From a virus (Duplodnaviria > Caudoviricetes): DNA of 46,570 nt. Position 1 is the first letter of the stretch; each line of letters starts with the position of its first letter. A program made the position numbers and the translations under genes. The stretch is from the IMG/VR virus record IMGVR_UViG_3300049139_000140, positions 1 through 46,570 of that record. One strand, given 5' to 3'. The notes beneath the pieces were generated by a model. It had not been told where the DNA came from and searched no databases. It saw nothing but the letters and a program-made list of their open reading frames with translations. Below are positions 35,129 through 43,636 of this stretch, one piece after another.

Positions 35129-37393
35129 TCACAGGAGGTGGCGGAGACGATCACGCTTGAAGCCGCGCGGGTTCTTCTCCTCGCCGATCGGCCCGAGCGT
35201 GATCGGGGACCCGGCGCCGGCCTTCTTCATCAGCGCCTTCAGCTCGTCGGCGTCCATCTCCCCGTAGGTGTCCGGGTCGTAGTCGCGTAGAGCCAGCAGA
35301 AGCGTCTCGGTCTTCATCCGGTCGACGTCGGCCTTCTGCATCACAGTGACCGCGTCCTCGACCGCGGCCCGCGCGGGTCCGTCCGTCAGCTCTGCACCGG
35401 CGGGCGGCTCGGCGCCACACAGGCGCAGCAACTGCTCCCACGACAGGAGTTCGACCGGCGCCGGCTTCTTGATGTCGCCGTCCTTGTCGTACTCGGGTTC
35501 GACGTACTCGGGCAGGTCCACGCCGCGCATGCCGCCGAGGCTGTCCTGGTCCGGGTCAAGCAGGCCGGCAGCCAGTCGCTCTTCGGCGAGCTGCCGAAGC
35601 ACTGCGGGCTGCGTCTCGTGCACGGCATACTCGATCGGCTCGTCAGCCATACCAGGCACGCCCTGCAGGAAGATGTGGCCGGCGTCTTTGGAGTCGGTGG
35701 CGGTAGCCGTGGACAACTTGTGCGGTAGGTAGCCCTCGTTGACGGAACCGTCGCCGAAGACGGCGCGCGTGTCGCCGACCTTGCACGGGCCCACGGCTCG
35801 TAGAGCGATCATCTGGGCGACGTTCTCGCCGAGGTATCGAGTGGTACCGCCTTGCGAAGCGAACTGAACGTCGACGAGTTCCTTGCGGCCGACGAGCAGC
35901 AGGTCGAAGGCAAGGCGCTTGGCCAGGTCGGTGAGCTTGGGGAACTCGTCAATGAAGATCGTGACGGCGGGGTGTGTGGCGCTGGCCTTCCACTTCTTCC
36001 CCATGCCGAGCTTGGCCCGGAGCCGGGCCCGCGCCTTCGACATGACCAGGAAGAACAGTAGGACCGCTTCGATCTGCTCGTTCGTCCGTGCGGTGATCCG
36101 CACGCAGTCTCCGAGGTCTTCGAGGCCGTCACCGTGCGGGTCGCAGTCGATGGTGATGTTGTCGTAGCAAGCGGTCGTACCCTCGGCCAGCGCCTGAAGG
36201 ATGCCAGTCTTGCCGCCACCGGACGCGGCGACCCACAGGCCCATCACGCCGGCCAGGGACAGCTCAAGCGGGTCGCCGCCGACGCTGGTGCCGATGCGGA
36301 ATCGATCGGTGATCGACAGGGACTTGGGGGCGCGGTAGGGCATTCCGGGGGCGGACGCGAACGGGTCGCCGTCGACGAGGCGCAGGACAGCGCACGCCCG
36401 CCGCGCCTTGATCGGCTGAGGCCGGACACCGTTGGTGGCCAGGTCGAAGCGGGTCTCCAGGTCGCCGGCCTTGGTGATGATCACCTCGGGGGTGCCTTCG
36501 CTGACACGCACAGTGCACTGCCAGCCCCAAGGCTGCCGCGTCACGTCCGACACCTCGACAATCGGCACACCCTCGGCGCGTGCGGCAAGCAGGACACACT
36601 CAGCGAGCTGCTGAGGCGTGCGCGCGTTGCGGATGGGGTACGGCTTGGCGCCTTCGGCGAGCTGCTCGACGGTCATGACGACGTGCGATCCGACGCCCAT
36701 CGCTCCCCCGGCCTGCGTCGGGTCCGCCTGGAACGTGGCGGGCAGGGCCGGGGTCAGACCGAAAGGGGCCTCACCCACCTGGTGGTTTCCGTGGCCGACG
36801 AACGGGCGGGAGATCATGTACCAGCCCCAGCTCGCTCCCGCGCTGACGACGGCAAGGATGAGCGGCTGGCCGTTGGCGGCCTGCTCAAGCGCCGCGCCCA
36901 GCATCGGCAAGGAGGCGACACCTCCGCCCGCCAGCATCGCGGCCCGCCCTGCCTTCTTGCTGGTGCGGGCCGCGTTGATCTCCCGGTCGTTGGGGAGCAG
37001 TACGGGCGTGGCGCGGAGTGCTTCGAGCTTGGAGTCTTCGGCCGCGACACGTCCTGCGTAGGCGGCGAGGGTGCCGGCGTTGCCGCCCTTCTCGTCGGCT
37101 TCGGCTCGGGCTTTGGCGACGGCGAACCGGGCGTGGGCCTCGGCGGCGATGCGTTCCTGCTGCGTCAGCTTCGCGTCGTGCTTGCGCTGCTTGCGTTCGG
37201 TGGCGAGCTGGATGACGGCGACCTCGTCGAGATCCCCGCCGGCGAGCCAGTCCTTGGTGCGGGCTGCGGCGTGGCCGCGCTGCTCCTTGAACGCGGCTTT
37301 GGCGCGGTCGGTGCGGGTGGGCTCGGCGGCCTCCTCGACGAACTCCTCGTCGGGCTGCTGCTCGATCAGCTCGGGCTGCATTTCGGTGGCCAC
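35129..37393 (-). CDS. traB: TraB-type FtsK/SpoIIIE conjugative DNA translocase
   Basis: 754 aa; N-terminal TM pair, LRLVDGDPF, Walker A AASGGGKT, IDCDPHG, Walker B VTIFIDEF, LLVGRKE, C-terminal winged-helix-like region ending PRGFKRD. Confidence 0.85.
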   Translation of the reverse strand: MATEMQPELIEQQPDEEFVEEAAEPTRTDRAKAAFKEQRGHAAARTKDWLAGGDLDEVAVIQLATERKQRKHDAKLTQQERIAAEAHARFAVAKARAEADEKGGNAGTLAAYAGRVAAEDSKLEALRATPVLLPNDREINAARTSKKAGRAAMLAGGGVASLPMLGAALEQAANGQPLILAVVSAGASWGWYMISRPFVGHGNHQVGEAPFGLTPALPATFQADPTQAGGAMGVGSHVVMTVEQLAEGAKPYPIRNARTPQQLAECVLLAARAEGVPIVEVSDVTRQPWGWQCTVRVSEGTPEVIITKAGDLETRFDLATNGVRPQPIKARRACAVLRLVDGDPFASAPGMPYRAPKSLSITDRFRIGTSVGGDPLELSLAGVMGLWVAASGGGKTGILQALAEGTTACYDNITIDCDPHGDGLEDLGDCVRITARTNEQIEAVLLFFLVMSKARARLRAKLGMGKKWKASATHPAVTIFIDEFPKLTDLAKRLAFDLLLVGRKELVDVQFASQGGTTRYLGENVAQMIALRAVGPCKVGDTRAVFGDGSVNEGYLPHKLSTATATDSKDAGHIFLQGVPGMADEPIEYAVHETQPAVLRQLAEERLAAGLLDPDQDSLGGMRGVDLPEYVEPEYDKDGDIKKPAPVELLSWEQLLRLCGAEPPAGAELTDGPARAAVEDAVTVMQKADVDRMKTETLLLALRDYDPDTYGEMDADELKALMKKAGAGSPITLGPIGEEKNPRGFKRDRLRHLL

Positions 37394-37453
37394 TGGCCTG
37401 GTTCCTTCCTTGGGCGGGGACGGGGCCCGGTGCGGGCCCCGCGGGGCGAGCGG

Positions 37454-37927
37454 CTACAGGCCGCCGAGCATGCTGCCGAGGGAGCTGATGGCGGAGTCGG
37501 TGAGCTGGTCGCCGAGCGCGCCGACGACGGTCCCGGAGACGGCGATCCCGAACAGGGTCAGGACGACGGCGTCGCCGACCTTGACGTCCTTGCCGCGGAC
37601 GCGGACGACCACGATGATCCCGAGGACGAGGATCGCGACGACACCGCCGGCAACGACGCCCCCGGAAGCCTGGGTCTGGATCTGCTCGCCGGTGACGCCG
37701 GCCGGCGGCGTGCCGTTGACGGGGTTCTGGAGCTGGGCGCCGGAGCCGTTGTCGGGGGTGAGGCCGTTGGTGACGCCGGCCGGGTCGTTGACGTCGGTCT
37801 TGGCGATGGCGATGACGGTCGCCTGGTGCTCGTCGGTGACGGTCGCGGATGCGGTGGCGGCGGCGCCTGAGAGGAGGGCTACGGCCGCGCTGCCCGAGAC
37901 GGCGATCCGGCGGATGGTGGGGTTCAT
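37454..37927 (-). CDS. Secreted/membrane protein, Spd-like
   Basis: Signal peptide (MNPTIRR...AATASA) and C-terminal two-TM hairpin VVAILVLGIIVVV..VKVGDAVVLTLFG, as in small membrane proteins upstream of traB. Confidence 0.65.
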   Translation of the reverse strand: MNPTIRRIAVSGSAAVALLSGAAATASATVTDEHQATVIAIAKTDVNDPAGVTNGLTPDNGSGAQLQNPVNGTPPAGVTGEQIQTQASGGVVAGGVVAILVLGIIVVVRVRGKDVKVGDAVVLTLFGIAVSGTVVGALGDQLTDSAISSLGSMLGGL

Positions 37928-37950
37928 TCGATCTCTCCTGACGGGGTGGG

Positions 37951-39291
37951 TTAGGCGTCTGATTCGGGCGTGTTCTTCACGGCGTTGCGCAGTCGCACGG
38001 CGTACTCGTTGGAGCCGCCGCCGATCACTTCGCGGACCTTGCGGGCAGAGAGGCGGTCGACGTCTCCGAGGGCTTCGGCGAGCTTGCGGACCTTCTCAAT
38101 GTGGGCCGGGTCGAGGGGCTTCTCGGGGGTCTTCGCCGCGGTGCGGCCAGAGCGCTGCTTCCCTTTACGCCCAAGGGTCGTAGCCGCCTCGGAGGGCTCC
38201 GCGCGACGGGCCCGTGACCCTCCCCCTGTGGGCCCTCCCGAGCCGCTCTCAGTGGTCGCTCCTGCGGGTCCGTCGTCGCCGCCGTTCGGGTCGAATGCCT
38301 TCGCGAGGAACAGGTCAACGGCGATGCTTTCGGGGCTGCGGTCGGCGCCCCGCAGGAGCTCCTCGACAGCTGCCCGAGCAACCTCGCGGGCGGCCATGCT
38401 TCCGGCCGTCACGGCGAGAGGGAGAGCGTGCATCGTGTCCCACGCCCGCTCCCACGCCGCGGCCCTACTGATGCCGCCGGTCGGGTACGCGGCCATGATC
38501 CGCTCGTACTCTTGGAACTCGCTCGGGAACAGCGTGCGGCGCTTGTCGTCCTCGGCCTTCTCGATGCGCTTGCGGTCCTGGTCGGCCTTCGCCTTCTCCC
38601 GCGCCGTGCGCCGGTCCTTGGCGCGCTGCTTCAGGTCGCGCCCGTCCTCGGCGGCCTTCGACTCCAGGTACTGGCGCACCTCCGCCAGGAGCGGGCCGAT
38701 GATCGACGTGGCTGCGAGGGCGTAGCCGGCAACCGGCCCGTACTCGGTGACGCCGTGGGAGAAGTTGATCCAGCCGGCCAATGAGGCGAGCGTCGCGGTA
38801 AGGATCCAGAAGGGCCAGCGGGGAAGGCCCTTGCGGTGCGCCCACCGGGTGCCCATGACACCGACCCAGGCGAGGAGTTCCAGGAAGAACGGGACCGGGG
38901 CGAGGGTCCAAGCCGGCCCCGGGTCCTTGTCGTCCTTGCGGTGCAGGCCGAGGAAGTAGGAGATCTGCGCCGGCAGCGCGGCGAGCAGGCCGAGCGCCAT
39001 GACGACGTTGACGAGGAGCTTGAACGTGGTGCCGTCGTCGTCACGCTTCTCGCGACGCTGCGCCTTCCGGGCCGCCGTGTCGTCCTTGGCGGTGTCCTTG
39101 ACGTCGGCGAGTGTCTTGAGGAGCTTGGCCTGCTTGACCTGTTCGGCGAGCTTGGCGGTCTCGGTTGCGGCGGCCCCGGACTCTGCGGCCTGCGCGGCGA
39201 CCTTCGCCTCGGCGGCAAGCCTCGCTGTCTCGGCTTTCGTCTTGGCTACGTCGGCGTCACGCTCCTCCCAGGAACGGTATCCGCTGCTCAT
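37951..39291 (-). CDS. SpdB2-like spread protein (coiled coil + multi-TM + C-terminal HTH)
   Basis: Coiled-coil N-terminus, four TM segments (PFFLE...W, WINFSHG, GPLLAE), C-terminal SARKVREVIGGGSNEYAVRL; start MSSGYRSWEER with GGAAGGA RBS. Confidence 0.65.
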   Translation of the reverse strand: MSSGYRSWEERDADVAKTKAETARLAAEAKVAAQAAESGAAATETAKLAEQVKQAKLLKTLADVKDTAKDDTAARKAQRREKRDDDGTTFKLLVNVVMALGLLAALPAQISYFLGLHRKDDKDPGPAWTLAPVPFFLELLAWVGVMGTRWAHRKGLPRWPFWILTATLASLAGWINFSHGVTEYGPVAGYALAATSIIGPLLAEVRQYLESKAAEDGRDLKQRAKDRRTAREKAKADQDRKRIEKAEDDKRRTLFPSEFQEYERIMAAYPTGGISRAAAWERAWDTMHALPLAVTAGSMAAREVARAAVEELLRGADRSPESIAVDLFLAKAFDPNGGDDGPAGATTESGSGGPTGGGSRARRAEPSEAATTLGRKGKQRSGRTAAKTPEKPLDPAHIEKVRKLAEALGDVDRLSARKVREVIGGGSNEYAVRLRNAVKNTPESDA

Positions 39292-39349
39292 GGCTGTCCT
39301 TCCGGGACTCGGTGGGGGTACGGGATGGCTTACGGTGAGGTGATCTGGA

Positions 39350-39436
39350 TCAGAGGCAGGCGGCGAGCACGACGATCGCCAGACCAATGAGGGCGGGGAT
39401 CACGAAACTGAGGACCTCCCAAGTGCTTTCGCGCAT
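39350..39436 (-). CDS. 28-aa single-TM peptide
   Basis: Hand-translated MRESTWEVLSFVIPALIGLAIVVLAACL; GAGG RBS; below ORF-track cutoff. Confidence 0.45.
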   Translation of the reverse strand: MRESTWEVLSFVIPALIGLAIVVLAACL

Positions 39437-39441
39437 GGCGG

Positions 39442-39627
39442 TCACCTCGTGTCGGCGCGGAAGCCGCCGCCCGCGCCGCGGATGCTGAAGCCCAGCCCGG
39501 ACACGTTCGCCGAGACCGCGCCGGGGGCGATCCGTGCCGCCTCGTTCAGCAGGTCGGCGATCTGACGTCCGATCTCCTGGCTCCTCGCGGTGGCCGCGCG
39601 CAGCTCGTCAGCGGATCCGGTGTGCAT
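39442..39627 (-). CDS. Small hypothetical protein
   Basis: 61-aa ORF, GAGG RBS. Confidence 0.55.
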   Translation of the reverse strand: MHTGSADELRAATARSQEIGRQIADLLNEAARIAPGAVSANVSGLGFSIRGAGGGFRADTR

Positions 39628-39710
39628 AGTCGTCCTCTCGGGTGGGGGGTTGGAAGCGCTGGCGCGGTTCCCCTCACCGCCCGTGCGGGACGGGCGGATC
39701 GGGCAGCCGG

Positions 39711-39917
39711 TCAGCGACCGCGCTTGGTGCCGCCATGCCAGAAGCTGACCTTCGCGGCGGCCTCGTTGGCCTTGCCGTTGAGCTCCTGATACTTCGGAGT
39801 CTCGTGCCGGATCCCGGCCTTGAACTCGCGGTCGCTGTTGTCGTTCAGCGCCTTGTCCGCCGCCTTCATCTCGGCTATCGCGGCCTTCTCCTCAGGCGAC
39901 TTGCTGAACAGGCCCAT
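39711..39917 (-). CDS. Small hypothetical protein (MGLF N-terminus)
   Basis: MGLFSKSPEEKAAIAEMKAADKAL; GAGGAG RBS. Confidence 0.65.
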   Translation of the reverse strand: MGLFSKSPEEKAAIAEMKAADKALNDNSDREFKAGIRHETPKYQELNGKANEAAAKVSFWHGGTKRGR

Positions 39918-40050
39918 GACGGGCTCCTCTCGGGTCGGGTGGATGTGGTGGTGCGCGCCCCGGGCCGGATCCGATCTGGCAGCATCACGTTGGGGGCCGG
40001 GGCTGGTGCCGGGCGCGGCAGGGGATGGACCGCGCCCAGCGGTATCGAGG

Positions 40051-40269
40051 TCAGGCGTGCTTCGGGCGCCAGGTGCCGTTCTTCACGTCGTTCAGCTCGT
40101 CGAGGTGCTCGTCGACGGCCTCGGCCATCTGACCGGCGATGCGGTGCTGACCGGCCTGCTGCAGGTTGATCTGGGCGTTGCGGGCGGACGTGACGTCGGC
40201 CTGAATGTCGGACCTCAAAGCGGCGTCTGACACGGAGCCGCGGGCGAAGAAGTGGCGAGCAGAAGACAT
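40051..40269 (-). CDS. Small hypothetical protein
   Basis: 72-aa ORF, GAGGAG RBS. Confidence 0.65.
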   Translation of the reverse strand: MSSARHFFARGSVSDAALRSDIQADVTSARNAQINLQQAGQHRIAGQMAEAVDEHLDELNDVKNGTWRPKHA

Positions 40270-40282
40270 GTGGATCTCCTCG

Positions 40283-40663
40283 TCAGCGGTTGACGACCGG
40301 CCGGTGCAGGTCGCGGTGGGTGACAGTGACGGTGTGGCCGCGGCGCCGGAGTCGGCGGGCGAGTTTGTCGGCGACCACTACGGACCGGTGACGGCCGCCT
40401 GCACAGCCGGACCCGATCACGATCCGGTCGGCGGAAGGGCCGGCCGCGTAGGCGGCGACCTGCTGGGTGGTGGCCTTCAGGAGGCGGCGGATGCCGCGGG
40501 TGCGGAGTACGGTCCGGCGGACGAGCCGGTCGCGGCCGGTCATTTGCCGCATCCTCGGGTCGACGTGCGGGTCACGAAACGCCCGACGCAGATCCAGCAC
40601 GATGTCGGACTCCGGGGCGGGGGCATGCAGGAAGCCGAACGAGACGATCTCCACGGTGGCCAT
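40283..40663 (-). CDS. RapZ C-terminal-domain-like protein
   Basis: IVSFGFLH, DIVLDLR..FRDPH, MTGRD, IGSGCAGGRHRSV, VTHRDL. Confidence 0.8.
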   Translation of the reverse strand: MATVEIVSFGFLHAPAPESDIVLDLRRAFRDPHVDPRMRQMTGRDRLVRRTVLRTRGIRRLLKATTQQVAAYAAGPSADRIVIGSGCAGGRHRSVVVADKLARRLRRRGHTVTVTHRDLHRPVVNR

Positions 40664-40860
40664 CAGGCGACGTCGCCGAGGCTGGCGCCGAAGAGCTCGT
40701 CGGTCAGCGAGGCGCCCGGGTTCGCCTTGTCGTACCGGGCGGCCTCCTTCAGCAGCGCCTCCCGCTCGGACGGGCGGCGAGCTGTGAAGTAGCGGCGGAT
40801 CAGGCCCTCGCGGTAGGCCGCATCGGACGACGGGGCGGACGTGATCAAGGTCAGAGACAT
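40663..40860 (-). CDS. Small hypothetical protein
   Basis: 65-aa ORF, AAGG RBS, TGATG coupling. Confidence 0.6.
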   Translation of the reverse strand: MSLTLITSAPSSDAAYREGLIRRYFTARRPSEREALLKEAARYDKANPGASLTDELFGASLGDVA

Positions 40861-41047
40861 GGGGGTGCCTTTCGGGTGGTGAACAGAAGGGAGAGGGGTG
40901 GTGCGGGTTGGAAGACCGCGCCGGCGGGTGCCGTGGGGGTCCGATTTCTCCGCCGACGCGGCCGATCTAGGGGGTTACGCCTTCGGCCGGTTCTCGCTGC
41001 GCCGGTTTGCCTCAGCGACCTTCCGGCGGAGTTCCGCCCACTGGTCG

Positions 41048-41227
41048 TCAGTCACGGCGCTCACCGGCCTGATCCGGGACGACGACCAGGTACCGGTCGG
41101 TGCGGAGTTCGGCAATCACCGTCGCCGGGATACCAGCCTCACGGAACTGCTGCGCCTGCTCCTCCGCCGGCCACGAACCACGCGGATGACCCATCGGCGA
41201 GGAAGCCAGGATCCGGCAGCCGGTCAC
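41048..41227 (-). CDS. Small hypothetical protein
   Basis: VTGCRILASSPMGHPRGSWPAEEQA...; GTGA overlap with upstream gene. Confidence 0.5.
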   Translation of the reverse strand: MTGCRILASSPMGHPRGSWPAEEQAQQFREAGIPATVIAELRTDRYLVVVPDQAGERRD

Positions 41228-41580
41228 GACGCACCGCCCTCGTCGTCGAGCGGCGGGCACACGGTGACGCGGATCGCGCCGCGCACCTCCGGATTCTTCT
41301 CCCACCCAAACTGCGCGTACAGATGAGAAACGCCGCCCGAGTCGACACGCTCCGGCGTCACCTTCGCACCCAGGAAGCCGGCCCACGTAGCGAACGCGGC
41401 ACGCTGCTCGGCCGGCGTCGACGTCAACGTGTCCACCTCGCCGACCAGAGCACCCGACGCCGCGATCGTCCACGACAGAGCAGGCAAACCCAGCCCGGCA
41501 GCCGACGCCAGAAACTCACCCAGCGCACGGTGCGCATCCCGCTGCCACCGCAGCCGGTAGACGTTCGAGTCGGCCATCAC
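41224..41580 (-). CDS. Hypothetical protein
   Basis: 118-aa ORF, GAGG RBS, coupled overlaps. Confidence 0.6.
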   Translation of the reverse strand: MMADSNVYRLRWQRDAHRALGEFLASAAGLGLPALSWTIAASGALVGEVDTLTSTPAEQRAAFATWAGFLGAKVTPERVDSGGVSHLYAQFGWEKNPEVRGAIRVTVCPPLDDEGGAS

Positions 41581-42032
41581 GCCACCGCCTCGTAGCCGCG
41601 GGCGAACGCCAGCGCGTCCTCCACCAACTGCACGACCTCGACCTCAGTCCGGCCCGGCTTGTCATTCCAGGCGAACAAGTCCTGCGTCGTTCCGCCCGTG
41701 TAGGAAAGGACCATCAGCCGCAACGTCCAGCCCGCCACAGCGTCCGACCCCTCAACCCCAAACCCGGCCCGCCTGGCCTCCTCCACAGCCTGACGCAGAC
41801 ACACAGCGCCGGAAGCGGCATCGAACTCGCCCTGCGCCCAACCGCGAACCCGCAGAATGCGCAACGCCCCCTCCAAGTGCCGGACCAGGGCAGCCTGCGT
41901 GCGACGCCGAATGCCCTCACGGACGAGGACGCCCACCGCCGAGTCATCCAACAGCCGCGGAACAGCCGCCAGACGGGACGACCACTCCACCTCAGCCAAC
42001 GGCGAGTACGAGACAGCAGCGGCGGCAATCAC
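41577..42032 (-). CDS. DUF6197-like protein
   Basis: RGWAQGEFDAASGAVCLRQAV...FAWNDKPGRTEVEVVQL. Confidence 0.65.
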   Translation of the reverse strand: MIAAAAVSYSPLAEVEWSSRLAAVPRLLDDSAVGVLVREGIRRRTQAALVRHLEGALRILRVRGWAQGEFDAASGAVCLRQAVEEARRAGFGVEGSDAVAGWTLRLMVLSYTGGTTQDLFAWNDKPGRTEVEVVQLVEDALAFARGYEAVA

Positions 42033-42688
42033 GCGGCCACCCCAATCAGATCCAAGCGGCCAGCCTCAGCGAGGGTGGCGCGGGCGCCGGCCATCAGATC
42101 CTCGGCGTGCGCCAGGCTGTCCGCGTCCAGGTCGGAGAGGACGCCGATCGCAGCCAGATCCGACAACTCCACGGCATGCAGCGCAGCCCTCTCGTACACG
42201 GTCACCGCACCGACAACAGCCGGCGCAATCGACGTGCGCTCCAAGCGGGCCAGCGCAGCAGCGGCAGCCGGGGACAACGGGGCGGTCGGGGTGTCGTCGA
42301 CCCACTGAAGGTCGCTGACGGCCATCACATCGGAGTTGGCGAGCCTGCCCAACTCCCGAGTCGACAGCCCCCGCCGCTGCGCGCCGTCCCACACCAGCTC
42401 CGGCGAGACCGCACCGACCAGAGTCCGCAGCGGGCCAGCACAGAACAGGGCCATCAGGGCAGCGTCGTCGGCGCGACTCGCGCCAATCTCACGGCCAGCA
42501 GCCAGCGCCGCCTCGTAGGAGGTGTAGGAGACCGACTTCGTCTCGCGGACCGAAGTGTCGGCGGCCGTCCGAACGGCTTCCGCGTCCAGCATGCGCTGCT
42601 CGACGCGGGCGATGCGGGCCTGCGCCTCATCCGCCGACTCCAGAAGCGGGGCAGTGGGGGTGGGGAGCTGGGTGATTGCCGTGGCCAT
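42029..42688 (-). CDS. Hypothetical protein
   Basis: 219-aa ORF coupled to the excisionase-like gene (TGATG). Confidence 0.65.
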   Translation of the reverse strand: MATAITQLPTPTAPLLESADEAQARIARVEQRMLDAEAVRTAADTSVRETKSVSYTSYEAALAAGREIGASRADDAALMALFCAGPLRTLVGAVSPELVWDGAQRRGLSTRELGRLANSDVMAVSDLQWVDDTPTAPLSPAAAAALARLERTSIAPAVVGAVTVYERAALHAVELSDLAAIGVLSDLDADSLAHAEDLMAGARATLAEAGRLDLIGVAA

Positions 42689-42909
42689 CAGGCCACCTCC
42701 TCGGAGTTGAGGGCGAGCAGTTCGTTTACGGCGCTACTCGGGATGCGTATGGCTCCCCCACGCCGGGTCTCGCCCTCAGCTCGGGGCTGCCCGTACTGGA
42801 TCGACGGCAGGTATCCGCTGGCAGCCCAGCGGTAGACCGTCGGCTTGGAGACCCGCAGAAGCTTTGCGGTCTCCGCCACGGTGAGCAGCTTCTGAGCCGC
42901 AGGCAGCAT
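42688..42909 (-). CDS. Excisionase-like HTH (HTH_17) DNA-binding protein
   Basis: LLTVAETAKLLRVSKPTVYRWAASGYLPS...IRIPSSAV; GGAG RBS. Confidence 0.85.
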   Translation of the reverse strand: MLPAAQKLLTVAETAKLLRVSKPTVYRWAASGYLPSIQYGQPRAEGETRRGGAIRIPSSAVNELLALNSEEVA

Positions 42910-42948
42910 CTGACTCTCCAATCCAGGAGTAGGGGGTCGGTTGCGCTG

Positions 42949-42985
42949 ACTCCTCAACTGTAGGTGCATTCTTGAGAGGTCACAA
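42949..42985 (-). promoter_or_regulatory. Predicted promoter of transfer operon with overlapping operator candidate
   Basis: Minus strand TTGTGA (42985-42980)-N17-TACAGT (42962-42957); ACTCCTCAAC at 42949-42958 recurs at 44471-44480. Confidence 0.55.
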
Positions 42986-43098
42986 CCTTCTCGCCCGTCC
43001 GAAGCGCTCTCGTAAGGTCCCCGGGCCCCGATGACGTGGGCTTATGGTGGAGAAATTGATGGACGCCTCAAGAGAAGTCGCCTACTGGAGGAGCTGGA

Positions 43099-43635
43099 GT
43101 GACAGACGAGCGCTGGACCGGGTCTTCGAAGCCCTACATAGAGAGCGGCCACGGTGACGCGTGGGGCAAAGAAGCGGCAGGCCAGGGCCGGAAAGGCACT
43201 CAGCGAATCCTCAGGGCCGAGTCGGCGCTCGCTCCGCACACAGTCGCCGAGGCGCTAGACCTCAAAGCCGGAGAACCCGTTATCCGGCGTGACCGCCTCA
43301 TCCTCCTGGACGACGAACCCGTGGAACTGGCGCACTCCTACTGGCCGGCCCCAATCGCCCGAGGTACAGCCCTGGCAGAGACCGGTCGCATTCGCGGGGG
43401 CGCAGTGTCCTTGCTGGCCGAGCTCGGCTACACGCCCGGCACCGTGAACGAGGAAGTCCAGACCCGGCCACCGACGAAAGAGGAGGCGGAAGCCCTGCAA
43501 CTGGCCGACAACCGCGAATGGGTACTGACCCTCACTCGCACCATCAGCACACCAGACGGGCGCCCTTACGAGGTGTCCGTCATGGTCAGCCCCGGCCGCA
43601 TTGGACGGCTCCACTACTCGATGAAGGTCGACTGA
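43099..43635 (+). CDS. Stand-alone UTRA-domain protein (no HTH)
   Basis: VAEALDL..GEPVIRRDRLILLDDEPVELAHSYWP, EEVQTRPPTKEEAEALQL, PYEVSVMV; aligns by eye with the C-terminal part of the next gene. Confidence 0.8.
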   Translation: MTDERWTGSSKPYIESGHGDAWGKEAAGQGRKGTQRILRAESALAPHTVAEALDLKAGEPVIRRDRLILLDDEPVELAHSYWPAPIARGTALAETGRIRGGAVSLLAELGYTPGTVNEEVQTRPPTKEEAEALQLADNREWVLTLTRTISTPDGRPYEVSVMVSPGRIGRLHYSMKVD

Positions 43636-43636
43636 C

